This document shows, piece after piece, positions 26,009-40,635 of a stretch of 64,000 bases of DNA; the stretch's first letter is position 1, and each line of letters opens with the position of its first letter. The position numbers and the translations under genes were made by a program. The stretch is from Paraspadella gotoi. Taxonomy: Eukaryota; Animalia; Chaetognatha. The notes under the pieces were generated by a model, which did no database searches, was not told the DNA's origin, and worked only from the letters and a program-made list of their open reading frames with translations. The DNA is taken from NCBI GenBank assembly GCA_051294375.1, contig CM119268.1, positions 21,173,020 through 21,237,019 on the forward strand. Direction: 5' to 3'.

Positions 26009-29000
26009 CTTTTTTTCTTTCTTTATCTTTTTTTTTTTTATTTTTACAGAAACGCGGCAACCACTAAGAGTAGTAAAAAGTGGAAGTGTTCACATTTTAT
26101 AATAAAATATGTTGACGTTTAATAGAATATTGCTCTTAGTCGATTGTTGTTTGCTGTGAAAAAATACCATTTCATGAAAATTTTCTGTAAACTGGTACGT
26201 AGTATCAAAGTAGAAAAATTCTTTGTCAAAAAAACAAGACTTCTTCTAAAATTTTGAAGAACAGCGGAAAAAAGAATGTAGTTTTAAAAAAAAATTAAAA
26301 AATTTATTTTAATTTTAGCTACTTATTCGCCCGTTTTTCTGAATTTATTGACTACTATTTTCCAGGTCGGGACATCAAACTGCCAAAGTCAAGTTGACAA
26401 TTTGATTTTGATTGTTTTTATTCCTGTTGACCCTTTTCAGACATCCCGACTCTAAAATCTCCAGCGCGTTTGCCCGTGCCGTCCTCGTTGTCTAGAATAT
26501 TCAACAACGACACTACCATTTTCCCGGCCTGTAGAAGGACGAAGTCCACCGCCAGGAATCGGTAATCATTTGTGTTAGGGTTTTGGTTGATAAATGATTG
26601 GTAAAAATCATATTCCCTTATTTATTTACTGGTCTGTCCCTTTTGTTGTTTTTTTTTGACGCCGTCATGACGGCAGAGAGGACGCGCCGCCGCAAACTGA
26701 CCGCAAATTCGGGTAAGTTAGATAGATCGCGAAGTTTTTGAAAAACGAGGCAATGCCCTTTTTCTCCCTTTCGCTTATAAAAATTACTTTTGAAAAATCT
26801 CAACACGATTACACACAATTATTATTAAATAATCATCGAGCAAAACGGCCCTCATGGAATTAATTTTTTTCAAACTGGGAGTGACTGTAATCAATATCCG
26901 GAATAAAAGCAGCCGTTAATGATTAAGGAGCAGTCCATTATTTTATCCTTGATTACTGTATAGAATTGCTCATTAAATCTATTTAAAATTTTCCTTGTTT
27001 GAGTTTTGTGAAGTTTTTAATTATTTCACTTTTTTGTCGGTCCGTGCAGTCCACGCCTAAGGGTCTTATCGGTAAGCAACTTAAATCAATGTCAGAACAT
27101 CGAATTATGATATATTATGCAACCAAAAAAAAACTATTGTCCGTTCCCGTTTTGTCCGTCCTTTCCGTCCGTTAGCATTGGATTGGATGGAATTGGATTT
27201 TTGAATGAAAATTTTGGGTGGGTGTGGTGAAGGGGTGATTGAGCTAAATTTTATAGAAGTGTTTTCGATGGAAATCGAGCAATGGAAATAAGTAATATAT
27301 ATAAGTCATATTCTAGCTCTTTCTTATTTTTATTCAATGGATTTATTAATAAATGGGAATTGTCCAATGTGAAAATGAGTTTTTAAAAAAATGGGAAAAA
27401 AACCTGTTATTAATTGATCAAAGTGGGCTTTTTTTAATTAAATATCTTTTTAATTAAATAATTTTATTATCTGATTAAGGTGTTCTTACGCGCTAAAAAT
27501 GATATGATAGTGAACAGTTTCACACGTCATTTGATTATTGCTTTTCTTTTCTTTTTATATGAAAATAAAATGGAGTTGTATTATTATTTATAATAAAAAA
27601 TGAGGTACCCGTCTTTTTGTGAGCTTTTTTGTACCGCGTTCGAATTTCATGAAATTTGTCATTTAGAGAGTTTAGATGACAATATAAATTGGAAACTATC
27701 GAGGCGAAATTTTTGATTTTCAACCCCTGACAGACAAGAAAAATTTTTTTAGTAGTCCTCAGGTTGCATTGAAGTTTTAATTTAAACATAAAAAATATTT
27801 TAGAACAAAAATTGATAAATTTTTCAATAATTAAGCATGGTTTTAAGTTCAATCGTTTTACTTCCAATTTTTTGCTCAAATTATTCCAAATCATAGAGTG
27901 AACCGCTTGATGTTCATGAAGCTGAAAATTAAGAATAAGCTAATATTTTTGAGGGTAAAATAAATCGTTAAATAAACGTCTATGCACTTGATCAAAACAA
28001 ATAACTGGAAATTTTTTTTTGAAAAAAGTGAAAGGCATCCGGGACCCCCAAATATGCGGCCTGCAGGGGTGCAAATTATAAATTTTGGTCCAGTAGTTTT
28101 TTTCGGAACGTGTTTTGCTGGTCACAAGAAAGGGGTACCCCGTCATTTTATAATATGAAGACTTCTGTAATCAATCTAAACCAATTCTCAATCAAAATTA
28201 AATAATAAATTATTCCAATTTAAATAATTAATTTAATTAATTTAATTCATTTAATTAAACTTATCAGTCGATATAAATCAATGCAACAAAAATTATTCAT
28301 CAAACAATTAATCAATGTTAACATTCGTCGTCGTCGCCATCTCGTCGACGTTTGCTGCTTTTCTTTGTGGTTAATAAACCTGACAAAAAAGAACCTAAAA
28401 AACAAGATTTGAAGCAAACAACTGATAGAATAATTATTTTTAATATTAAATAAATTGATTAATTAATTACTGTATATGACGTGGGCAGATCCGGCATGTT
28501 TGCGCTTCACTTTTTTTTTTTTTTTTTAGCGCCTAGAACGCTTTTTTTCCATTCCCTGGAACGTTCGCTTTCTGCCTAATTTTTATTCTATTCAAACATT
28601 AGTATGCAAAGATTTCATTATAACTTTTTTCGGTCCTTTATCTGTTTTGTGCCCACAGCCTTACCTCCTTCTAATATTTTCTATGATTGTCTATCTCCGA
28701 TCAAGGAGGTATTAATAAATCCGCATGAAAACTTGAATCCCCTTCGGGTCTTCTCTGCCCGCGTAGTCCTCAAGCGTGTGGCCACTAGTGCCACAAACTT
28801 TTTTGAAAAACAACTGGGCGTCGATTCGTGGCCTCTTCCTTTTTTCCAGATCTTCATATATTAATATTGTTGTTTTCTTCGTTTCGTTGGTGCTTACTGT
28901 TTTTTGCAACGACGTTCGCGTCGTAAAGTGACTTGCGCTCATGTCGATTTTATCGTAGTTTTTTTTTCTTGATTTTTTAATTTATACTATTTTTTTGTTT

Positions 29001-29769
29001 GTTGCAAATCAATTGATATCTAATGATTAATCATTTAATGAGAGAGATAATCGTTTGCAATATCGTTATTATGGTATATAATGGCGTTACCATTTACCCG
29101 GCCACCGCCAGTTATCTATGGCGTGTGTCGAAATTTTTTTAGACAAAAACTTTCTTACCGCCACTAAGAAAGAAATCTTTTAAAATAGGCTTTGTAGATT
29201 ACTTTGATATGCCGCATTTGGCTATTTCTTAACCCTGGGTTGATTATCATTATTTTAAGGCTTCTCTCTTCAAACGTATTATATAGCGCAAGTAAAGTCA
29301 GAATTTTCTTTAGGATTTTAAAATAAAAAAAATTTCTTTTAAAATTGGGGTTTTGAAATAATTTTTTTACGTGTTTCGAAGTAAAAACCACACAATTTCG
29401 ATTTAAATATCGAAAAAACAAGTTAAATAGCTGCAATTTTTAATTTTTTTTTAAGCGCGATACAATCTTTTTTTTAATAATTTTTAGAAAGAAAATTGTA
29501 GCAATAGCATTATGTTGCATGAAAATACTATCCCTTTTTAGATCTTAAAAGTTTTTGCCTTTGCCTTCTGTATCTGATGTTGCACAATTCTAATTGGGTG
29601 ATTAAGATTGTTATTATTTTTTAGAAAATAAAGTGTTGTTTTTAATTTAAATCAATGTTTTATTCCATACTATGAAAGCATAGATTTAAAAACAGTAAGC
29701 TTGTTGCGATAGAACAAAAACAACGTTTGTAAGCAATTCTTTATTATTCAAGGCATAAAAATTTAAATG

Positions 29770-32060
29770 TAACAAATGGTTGAGGGCGGTAGTCCAAGCC
29801 TAAGCAGTTAATCGAAAACGAGCCCACGTCTTAAAATGACATCACCGTTCTTCTCATTCTCCTGCATAAGAACGAACCAGGAAGTTTGAGTGCTTCCAAT
29901 AGGCGGTCATTGCGCATCCAAGGGGTTCGAGGTCGAGACACCGTCGGAGTGCAGATCTAACATCGTTCGCTTTGCCCCTTTCTTAACAGCTTTCTAATGA
30001 TCTGGTCCGCCGCGGCGGTCCGCCGCACTTGCCTTCCTTGTTGTTGGGCTCTTCGCTGTTAATCCCGAGTTCTGCCGCCGAGTTCGCCGCCAGCGGCAAC
30101 GGATGTCGTTTTGTCGCATCGGCAACGGCGCGCAATGAGCAGAGAGCGACAAGTGTCACGAGTTTTGCTTCGAGTCTTTGTCGTGTTTCGCTTCTACAGA
30201 TGACATCTCCGGCATCGGCAAACCCAATGTGCAAATAGAGAGGCGAGTTTTTTTTTTGCGCATGAAATTTTTCTCCTTTTTTTCGAAAATCCTAAAGCAT
30301 CGTAGTTAGGGCAGGCAGGGGCACGCGCAGCTCCATATCTCAGCGCCCATTGGAATTCGTACTCCGGTGACGCGCCGTAAGCAGTGGTTTGGCACCAGGT
30401 TAATAGCTCGGCCAGCTAGGCACCGAAGGACCAGATTGTCGATTGGGGTGTGGGCCAGTGTTTCTAATTCAGAATAAACTTCAGGAGGCTCGGGTAGAAA
30501 CCGGGAAAACTGGATGTGAAGTTATAGGTGGCTGGTGGTAGTGGAGGTTTGAGGCTCCAAAGTCATGACTTTTCAAGTCCACGGCCATTCGGACTTTTGT
30601 AAGATAAAGAATCACACTCTCTGTTTTTCTTTCTTTTTCATGCAGTTAGAAGTGACGCTCCCCTTCTTGTCTAATAAACAGATTCCAGAGGTAAGCGAAT
30701 AGAGAGAATTTATCGTTTTAATTAGGTTTAATAATGTCGGGTCAACGAAATTCTAACTTATCGTATATTAAAACTCCTGAAAACTTACTTTAGGAGACGT
30801 TTTTCCCGAGCTTGAGGTCTATTTCCAGTGGACGACCTCAGATTGGAGTGTAAAAATCGTAGACTTCCAAAAAATCCTGTAAGCCATTTGGCGAACGAAT
30901 GGGATTGGGAAGTCCTCGAAAAAATCGCTGCGCTTGGGAGTGGTGAGCAGCTTGTAGAGGTTGAAAGGAGAGAAGTTCGAAAAACGATGAACCGCGTGGC
31001 CTTCGGAAGTAAGCCATCCCCGTGCATTTTTTACCGGGACGATGTCGCTCGTCATGAGGAATCCATTATTTCGCACAACCTTTTTTAAGTGGGATGTGGA
31101 TTTCCACGCTTTACTTCTGATTTTTTCATCTTCTTTGGTTTTGGGCGCAAAAATCTTGAGGGCGACGGCGAACGGCACTCTTTTGGTCGTAGGCATTCGA
31201 GAATGACTGAAGCTGCCTTTTCCCTAAATACAAGGCCACATACTTGAAATCACAATGGAAAAGTAAAAGTGGTAATCGACAATTACTTTTAACTTGGTAT
31301 TAGAAAGTATAAATCTAAGATTTTAAAGTAAAAAATGATTTATTTATTACAAGAGTTTGAAGTGCATTTAAAAGTAATAGGACCCTGTTATTTTCGCAGG
31401 GCGTAACATTTCTAAAAATTTCAACCCTCATTTCGATACCCAAACTTTTACCCACGCTTCCATAGCCTTCGTATCTGTAAAGAATATTGGTCCGCCGCGA
31501 ATCAGATACTTGTAGAAACTCCGGGGTAATCGCAAACTGGGTGGTTAGGCATTCCTTGGCCAAAAAGTGGGTGTACTAAACTTTCTTGAGTCGTGGAGCT
31601 CCCGAGAAAGTAGATTTTGGCATGGAGAAATCCTCGATCTCCTCGATCTCGTAAGGGTCAGGTTGGTAGGAAAAGAATCGGTACGCTAAAGGAAAGCCCC
31701 GCTGGCAGAAGTTCGAGAACGAACCGCGGTCGGAAGTCGCCCGGGAGATGGCAGTGGGAAGAAGTCCCGATGATGTGGCAGCTGGGACGATTGTTCGCTC
31801 CGCAATTATTTTCTGGCGAAATTTCGGGCGAAGAAGAAAAGAGCCGCCTCGCAGTTGCTTGACGGGGTTGGACGATCGATTTCTTCCAGTCGCCCTCCGA
31901 GGACGTATCCTTATCCGTTGGTTCGGGGCTTTGGGGTTGCTCATATCATTGTTCTTCGACTGCGATATGTGGCGAAGGAGTTATTTTTGGAAGTTTTGTT
32001 TTAGATTGAGAAGGAATTGTATCGAAACAAATACGCTAAAAAAAAATTCCGTGGTTGATT
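29770..32060 (-). pseudogene. Microsatellite-free, higher-GC island with interrupted coding-like frames, family unidentified
   Basis: Complex sequence with short minus-strand frames (e.g. SPEYEFQWALRYGAARAPACPNYDALGFSKKG, PYEIEEIEDFSMPKSTF) broken by stops. No motif recognised. Confidence 0.25.
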
Positions 32061-34490
32061 AATATAACGTTTTTGATTTGAAAAAAGAAACTGTCTGGAC
32101 AATTACTTTTTTTTGTGTCCGAAGAAATTTGGACGATGTTGAAACATTAGAAAATGGAAAAAACGATTTAAACGGAGAAAAGCAGACCGTCTTTATATGG
32201 GTTTTTGGTTCGTCTTGTCGCCATTTTTAGAAAACTGGCTTTCGTTTCGTTTTCCATCAATATCGTCTGCAAAACTTCATTATCATCTTCCGCTTCAGTT
32301 TATTGTCCTTTTCTTTTTGCCTTAATGCAATTATACAATGTTGCTAATGCCTTTTTTCATTCAGTCAGGCTTCGGTTTTTTCTTCTTGATATTGACCGTC
32401 TATATTTAATGTAGCGGCCCCGAAATGAAGTGTCAGTGTCCCCAGTATTATGGATAGTAATTATGGAGAGAAAGGAATAAACAAAACAGAATGTAGATAG
32501 ATGTCTAACAAATAAAGTAACGTAACTAATACAAACGTCCCGCGCACGCTTATGGTTTCACCATTGAAAGAATTTAGTGAGTAATTGTATTGAAGTATTA
32601 ATAAAGTATATAAGATGAGAGGATTCCATTAAGCTTTTTTCATCAAAGTTGTATCTATTCTTACAATATCTTTTCTTTTTGTTCTCGCGTCTCTCGTTTT
32701 CCTTACCTGTTTGCTTTCCTGGGCTTCTCTTCTCGAAGTAGATATTTCAAAATCAATTTCTTGTTCCGGCATGACTCATGAGTTCTTTCGAAAAGGTCGA
32801 CCAGACAGCGAAAGCCCAAAGGGTATTGTTTCCCCACTTTCTCAAATCATTAAAGCAAGACTTTCACATTAATTATCAATTACGAAAGTCTTCTTTTCTT
32901 CCTTTATTTTGTCTGTCTTTCTTCGAGGTCGGAGACAAAAGAAAACACATCAAAAGAATCGCCCACTTTAACAACTATTTTCAAAATTTAAGAAATACAC
33001 TGTTATGAACGAGTAGAAAATCCTTGGAATTCTATTATTTCAAAAATAATTTTATTAACAAAGATAAAAAAACAAATAAACAGCAGTATGTCGCACAATC
33101 AATACCTATAATTTTATATAAAGTACAACAAAAGTTCCAAGAAAAATGTATCAACAATTGGGGCGGAAAAAGAAAAAAAAAGAAACGAGGGGNNNNNNNN
33201 NNNNNNNNNNNNNNNNNAAAAATGGAGGAAAGGGGAAGATGATAAAAAAAAGGTAGGAAAAGATAATTTTTAAAATCGTTTAGTAATGAAGAGACGATTT
33301 ACTGAAATCACCAGCTGACGTCGATTTCACGAATATTTATATTAATAATATATTACTATACTATACTATACTATAATACTATACTATACTATACTATGCT
33401 ATATATTACTTTTCCCAAAAAAAGTATGCCTAATAGTGATGAAGAACGAATTTAAACGATGGAACAAAAATGATACACGTGAAAAAAAAACAAAAAAAAA
33501 ACAGGTTTTATAATAGATACCAAAATTATAATGATTAAAAATGTTTTTCCATTAAGTTGTAAAAGTAACATTTAAATGTAACTAGAACAACATCGACAAC
33601 GAAAATGACAACGACGGATTTTAAGGCGAAGGAAAAATTGGGGTAACACATCTCCGCTGAATANNNNNNNNNNNNNNNNNNNNNNNNNNNNNNNNNNNNN
33701 NNNNNNNNNNNNNNNNNNNNNNNNNNNNNNNNNNNNNNNNNNNNNNNNNNNNNNNNNNNNNNNNNNNNNNNNNNNNNNNNNNNNNNNNNNNNNNNNNNNN
33801 NNNNNNNNNNNNNNNNNNNNNNNNNNNNNNNNNNNNNNNNNNNNNNNNNNNNNNNNNNNNNNNNNNNNNNNNNNNNNNNNNNNNNNNNNNNNNNNNNNNN
33901 NNNNNNNNTCACTATATTTTTGCAGAATAAAAAACAGAATAAACAAATCCAAAAATGGCTGCGCGAAAGTAGGAGTGAGAGAGGGAAAGCGAGAGAAAAC
34001 TATATAGAGAGAAAGCGAGAGAAAACTATATAGAGAGAGAGCGAGAGAGAGAAAGTTAGCTGCAGAGAGAGTCAGAGAGAGATGTCCAGGTGTCGTCGCT
34101 ACGAGGCGTTCCTGTCTTCCCGCACGGAAGACACACAAACCAAAGTCCTCTCTCTCTCNNNNNNNNNNNNNNNNNNNNNNNNNNNNNNNNNNNNNNNNNN
34201 NNNNNNNNNNNNNNNNNNNNNNNNNNNNNNNNNNNNNNNNNNNNNNNNNNNNNNNNNNNNNNNNNNNNNNNNNNNNNNNNNNNNNNNNNNNNNNNNNNNN
34301 NNNNNNNNNNNNNNNNNNNNNNNNNNNNNNNNNNNNNNNTCTCTCTCTCCCTAACTTTTCTATTTTCGTCTGCAAAAAAGGTCGATTGTCCGACAAAAAG
34401 CTCTTTTTTTAACTTCTTTATCTCTTCACTTGTTTTCATTCTTTTTTCTTTCTTTCATTACTTCATTTTTTCTTCCTTCCTTTCTTTTTT

Positions 34491-34554
<64 letters not shown>

Positions 34555-36599
34555 TTTTTCTATTTTTCTTTTTTTCTTTCTTTCTTTTTTTCTTTCTTTC
34601 TTTCTTTCTTTTTCCCCCAATTTTTATTCTTCTCTTTCTTTATTTTCTTTTTTCTTTTTTCCTTTCTCTCTTCCTTTCTTTTCCCCCTCTTTTTATTCTT
34701 CTCTTTCTTTTTTTTTCTTTTTTTTCCTTTCTCTCTTTCTTTCTTTTCCCCTGTTACCCCAATTAGCATCAATGTTAACGAGCGTGTTGTTGGCGACAGC
34801 CCGCGCCCTAAAAAAAAGAGAAAAAAGAAGAACAAAAAAACCAATTATCTTTTAGGTCGGGATTTTTTTTTTCATTTTTAAATGAAATTCTGAAAAAGTT
34901 GTATACTTATTGTCTTTAAATTAATTCGCTGTTTAACCTCATTTGAAAAATATNNNNNNNNNNNNNNNNNNNNNNNNNNNNNNNNNNNNNNNNNNNNNNN
35001 NNNNNNNNNNNNNNNNNNNNNNNNNNNNNNNNNNNNNNNNNNNNNNNNNNNNNNNNNNNNNNNNNNNNNNNNNNNNNNNNNNNNNNNNNNNNNNNNNNNN
35101 NNNNNNNNNNNNNNNNNNNNNNNNNNNNNNNNNNNNNNNNNNNNNNNNNNNNNNNNNNNNNNNNNNNNNNNNNNNNNNNNNNNNNNNNNNNNNNNNNNNN
35201 NNNNNNNNNNNNNNNNNNNNNNNNNNNNNNNNNNNNNNNNNNNNNNNNNNNNNNAAAATCCAATATCGACTCTGCAGACGCTTACCTTTTTTTTTCTTTG
35301 GGGTGGGGTTTGCCATACCTTTTTTCTTTAAGGTGGGATAAGTCTTACATATCCTTCTACGTTAACTTTAGTCACCTCCGAAAAATAATCTCTTTCTCCT
35401 CTTTCTCTCTCTCTCTTCTCTCCTTTCCCTCACCCTCCCACCACCCGCCGACTCAATCGCGCGCAGCCGTCGCAAGGCCTCCGTCGATGAGAAAAAAACC
35501 AAAATTTGTTCATTGAGTCCTGCTACAGCGGTATTTTTACGATTTCCTGCCCACCTCAGCGAATCTCGTTTAACGGTCGTCCCTTATCCGCTCTCCCCCT
35601 TTCGTTCGTCGTTTGTCTAGGCTGTCGTCGTCTCGTATTCGCTTACTTTCGTGTTCGTCGTCTCGCTCGTTCGCTCGTCGTCGCTCGTCGTCGTCGTTCG
35701 TTCTTCGTCGTCGTCGTTCAGCATGCTCCAAATAGCTAACCTCCGTAATTTCATGCGGAGAAAAAAAACTCGCTCAATGAACCAGCAAAAGCAAACATGC
35801 CACGTCGTTCAAGATGACTCTCTTCTTAAATGTTGAGGGGCGTAATGAATCTGTGCTCTATCCTAGGTACATTAGTACATTGCCTCTATATTTATACGGG
35901 TACTATATAGTATTGCCCGCATCTAATACTTAATTAATTTTTCCTTTTATATAATTGAAACATTCTTTGCAACGTTATACCACTTCATTGATGTGAGGAA
36001 GCCAGGTTACTCTGGAAGTGAATGAGCGGAGACTGCGAAATACCAGTTTTGATTCTGAAAGCTTGGAGGTCCTGCCATGTCATTATTCTTGTAAGTGGTG
36101 AATGAAGGCTTAAACAAAGCTTAAGCATGTTCAAGTCAAGGGGCAGGGTTTTTAAATTTAATTACATGATAGATAATTTTTATATGCAGTTTTACCAATT
36201 TCATTTTAAATTTTAAAGTTTCCATTACTTTTGATAATAATCAATAGTGCGGCGACGGAGTGCCTAAAACCCCCATCATCTTTTGCGGCAGAAGCCGCAG
36301 CACGCCACAGCCTTCAGAACATCAAAGCTGCAGTAACGGAACCCGTCAAGTCCGCAGGAACCGCAGCCGTCGAAGGCAGCGGACGCCGCTTCGCCATTTG
36401 CGTTTATTCCGATGAGGACCGAAAAAAAAAATCCCCTTTTTTTTTCGTCGGATTCATGAGCATAAAAAGGTGAAATAGGAGAGCAAAAAAAGGAGAGAAA
36501 AAGAGAAAAAAGGAGGAAAAAAAAAGGTGGGAAAAAGGGAAAAAAAAAGGATGAAATTGAGAAAAAAGGGAAATTTGGTTTTTGAGGATGGAAAAAAAG

Positions 36600-39500
36600 G
36601 AAAGAAGAGTTGAGAGGAAGGAAGAGGATGGAAGGAAGGAAGAGTTAGAGAGAAGGAGGGAAGCGATGAAGGACAAGGGGAATGAAGTGGATGAGGACGA
36701 AAGGATAGGAAGGAAGGAAGGAAGGGAATAAAAAGAAAAAAATACAAAAGGAAGAGAAGTTTGAAGAGGGAAGGAAGGAAGGATTGGAATTGGAAGTAAG
36801 GAAGGGATGGCATGGAAGGAGATGAAGGAAGGAAAAGGAAGCGGGAAGGAGGGAAAAGGGAGGAAGAGGAAGGGAGAGAAGGAAAGAAAGGTTGAAGGAA
36901 AGGAAGGAAGGAAGGAAGGAAGGAAGGAAAAAAGGAAGGAAGGTTGCAGAGGAAGAAGGGAAGATGGAAGGAAGGAAGGAAGGAAGGAAGGAAGGAAGAG
37001 TGAGAGGAAAGGAAGGAGGATGGAAGGGGAAGGAGAGTTGAGAGGAAGGAAGGAAGAAGGAAGGAAGGAAGGAAAGAAGGAAGGCAAGAGTTTGAGAGGA
37101 AGAAGGAAGGATGGAAGGAAGGAAGGAAGGTGGATTGGAAGAAAGCGATGGAAGGAAGGAAGGAAGGAAGAAGGAAGGAAGGAAGGAAGGAGGAAGGAAG
37201 AGTTGAGAGGAAGGAAGGAAGGAAAGGGGAAGAAGGAAAAGAAGGAAGGAAGAGTTGCAGAGGAAGGAAGAAGGATGGAAGGAAGGAAGGAAGGAAGGAA
37301 GGAAGAGTCGAGAGGATGGAATGGAAGGTTAGGAAGGAAGGAAGGAAGAAGGAAGGAAGAGTTGAGAGGATGGAAGGAAGCGAGGGAAGCGAAGAGAAGG
37401 AAGGAAGGAAGGAAGGAAGAAGGAAGGGAAGGAAGGAAGAGTTAGGGATGGAAGCGAAGGATGGAAGGATGCGAAGGATGGAGGAAGGAAGAGTTGAGAG
37501 GAAGGAAGGAAGGAAGGAAGGAAGGGAGGAATGAAGGAAGCGAAAGAAAGGAAGAAGGAAGAGTTGAGAGGGAAGAAGAAGGATGGAAGGAAGGAAGAAG
37601 GAAGGAAAGGAAGAGTTGCAGAGGAAGAAGGAAGGAAGGAAGGCAAGGAAGGAAGGAAGAAGGAAGGAAGAGTTGAGAAGGAAGGAAGGAAGAAGGAAGG
37701 AAGGGAGGAAGGAGAGAAGGAAGAGTTGAGGGAGGAAGGAAGGAAAGGGATGGAAGGAAGGAAGGAAGGAAAGGAAGGAAGAGTGGAGGAAGGTAAGGAA
37801 GGAAGGAAGGAAGGAAGAGGAAGGAAGAAGACAGTTTGAGAGGGAAGGAAGGTAAGGATGGAAGGATGAAGGGATGGAAGGAAGGAAAGGAAGGTAAGAG
37901 TTGAGAGGAAGGAAGGAAGGATGGAAGGAAGGAAAGGAAAGGAAGGAAGAGTTGAGAGGATGGAAAGGAAGGAAGGAAGGAAGGAAGGAAGGAAGAGTTG
38001 AGAGGATGGAAGGGAAGGATGGAAGGATGGAAGGATGGAAGGAAGGAAGGAAGAAGAGTTGAGAGGAAGGAAGGAGATGGAAGGAAGGAAGGCAAGGAAG
38101 GAAGAGTTAGAGGATGGAAGGAAGAAGGAAGGAAGGAAGGAGGAAGGAAAGTGAGAGGATGGAAGAAGGAAGGAAGGAAGGAAGGAAGGAAGGAAGGAAA
38201 GAGTGAGTAGGAAGGAAGGAAGGATGGAAGGAAGGAGAAAGGGATGGATTGAAGGGAAGGAAGGAAGGATAGGAAGAGTTGAGAGGGAAGAAGGAAGGAA
38301 GGAAGGAGGAAGGAAGAAGGAAGGAAGAGTTGAGAGGAAGAAGGAAGATGGAGGAAGAAGAGTTTGAGAGAAGAAGCGAAGGAAGGAAGCGAAGGAAGGA
38401 AAGAAGGAAGGAAGAGTTGAGAGGAAGGAGAAGGATGGAAGGAAGGAAAGGAGGGATGGATGGAAGCGAAGGATGGAAGGAAGGAAGAAGAAGGAAAAGG
38501 AAGAAGAGTTTGAGAGGAAGGAAGAAGGATGGAAGAAGGAAGGAAGGGAAGGAAGAAGGAAGAGTTGAGAGAAAGGAAGAGAAGGAAGGAAGGAAGGAAG
38601 GAAGGAAGGAAGTAAGGAAGGTTGAGAGGAAGGAAGGAAGGAGAGGAAGAAGCGAAGGAAGGAAGAGTGAGAGGATGGAAGAAGGGATGGAAGGATGGAA
38701 AAGGATGGAAGGAAGGAAGGAAGGAGAGTTGAGAGGATAGAAGGGAAGGATGGAAGGAGAGGAAGGAAGGAAGGAATGAGTTGAGAGGAAGTGAAGGAAG
38801 GAAGGAAGGACAGGAAGGAAGGAAGGAAGCGAAGGAGAGAGATTGGAGGAGGAAGGAAGGATGGAAGAAGGAAGGATGGAAGGAGGAAGGAAGGGAAGAA
38901 GAAGAGTTGAGGGAAGGAAGAAGGAAGGAAAGGAAGGAAGGAAGGGAAGCAGTTGATGAGGATGGAAGGAAAGGATGGAAAGGATGGAAGGATGGAAGAA
39001 AGGAAGGAAGGAAGAGTTGATAGGAAGAAGGAAGGATTGGAAGAAGGAAGGAAGGAAGGAAGAGTTGAGAGGGCAAGGAAGAAGAAGGAAGGAAGGAGGA
39101 AGGAAGAAGGGAAGGAAGAAGAGTTGAGAGGAAGGAAGGAAGGATGGAAGGGAAGGACAGGAAGGAAGGAAGGAAGAGTTGAGAGGAAGGAAGGAGGAGG
39201 AAGAAGGAAGGAAGGAAGGAAGAGTTGAGAGGAAGGAAGGAAGGATGGAAGGATGGAAGGATGGAAAGGAAGGAAGAGGAGAGTTGAGAGGAAGGAAGCG
39301 AAGGATGGAAGGAAGGAAGGAAGGAAGGAAGAGTTGAGAGGGATGGAAGGAAGATGGAAGGATGGAAGGATGGAAGAAGGAAGGAAGGAAGAGTTGGAGG
39401 AAGAAGGAAGGATGGAAGGAAGGAACGGAAGGAAGGAAGAGTTGAGAGGTATGGAAGGAAGGATGGAAGGATGGAAGGATGGGAAGGAAGGGAAAGGAAG

Positions 39501-40500
39501 AAGAGTTGAGAGGAAGGAAGGAAGGAATGGAAGGAAGGGAAGGAAGGAATGAAGAGTTGAGAGGATGGAAGGAAGGAAGGAAGGAAGGAAGGAAGGGGAA
39601 GGAAGAGTTGAGAGGATGGAAGGAAGGAAGGAAGGAAGGAAGGAAGAAGGAAGGAAGAGTTGAGAGGAAGGAAGGAAGGATGGAAGGAAGAAGGAAGGAA
39701 GTAAGGAAAGAGTTGAGAGAAGGAAGGAAGGGAAGGAAGGAAGGAAGGAAGGAAGGAAGGAAGGAAGGAAGGAAGAGTTTGAGAGGAAGGAAGGAAGGAT
39801 GGAAGGATGGAAAGGATGGAAGGAAGGAAGGAAGGAAGAGTTGAGAGGAAGAGGAAGGAAGGAAAGGAAGGAAGAAGGAAGGAAGAAGAGTTGAGAGGAA
39901 GAAGGAAGGAAAGGAAAGGAAGGAAGGAAGGAAGGAAGGAAGAGGAAGGAAGAAGGAGTGAGGAGAAGAAGGAGAGGAAGGGGATGAGAAGGAAGGAAGG
40001 AAGGAGGAAGGAAGGGAAGACTTGAGAGGAAGGAAGGAAGATGGAAGGAAGGAGGAAGGAAGGAAGGAAGCGAAGGAGAAGGAAGAAGTTGAGAGGAAGG
40101 TTAAGGAGTGAAGGGAAGGAGGGAAGAAGAAGGCAGGAAGGAAGGAAGAGTTGAGAGGAAGGAGGAAGAAGGAGGAAGAAGGAAGGAAAGGGCGAAGGAA
40201 GTAAGCGAAGAAAGTTGAGAGGAAGGAAGGAAGGAAGGAAGGAAGGACACAGGAAGAAACAAGGATAGGAAGAGTTGAGAGGAAAGAAGGAAGGATGGAA
40301 GGAAGGAAGGGAAGGAAGAAGGAAGGAGAGTTGAGAGGAAGGAAGAAGAAGGAGGAAGGAAGAGTGAGAGGAAGGATGGAAGGATGGAAGTAAGGAAGGA
40401 TGAAGAAAGGAGGAAGAAGGAAGGAAGAAGTTGAAGAGGTAAGGATGAAGAAGGGAAGCGAGAGTGAAGGAAGGAAGGAAAGGAGGAAGAGTTTGAGAGG
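36600..40500. repeat. ~3.9-kb polypurine (GGAA)n array punctuated by GAGTTGAGAG
   Basis: Directly visible. The 1030-aa minus ORF is its by-product. Confidence 0.97.
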
Positions 40501-40635
40501 ATGGCAGAAAGAGTAAAATATGAGGATTGGCCAATTTATGTCAAATGGGTGAGGTCCGAAATTTATTTAGGAACCTTCCCAAACAAACTTCAGACATTTT
40601 TGAGAAAACTTTCAATGGACCAAAATTGTCAGACT

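Noticed and set aside
36409-36455. Minimal hammerhead-like CCGATGAGGACCGAAA
   Set aside because: The core has C at U4, stem I cannot form, and stem III would be only A/T homopolymers.
37442-40534. 1030-aa minus-strand ORF
   Set aside because: It is the translation of a (TTCC)n array, which rarely contains stops, giving an F/L/P/S-only composition.
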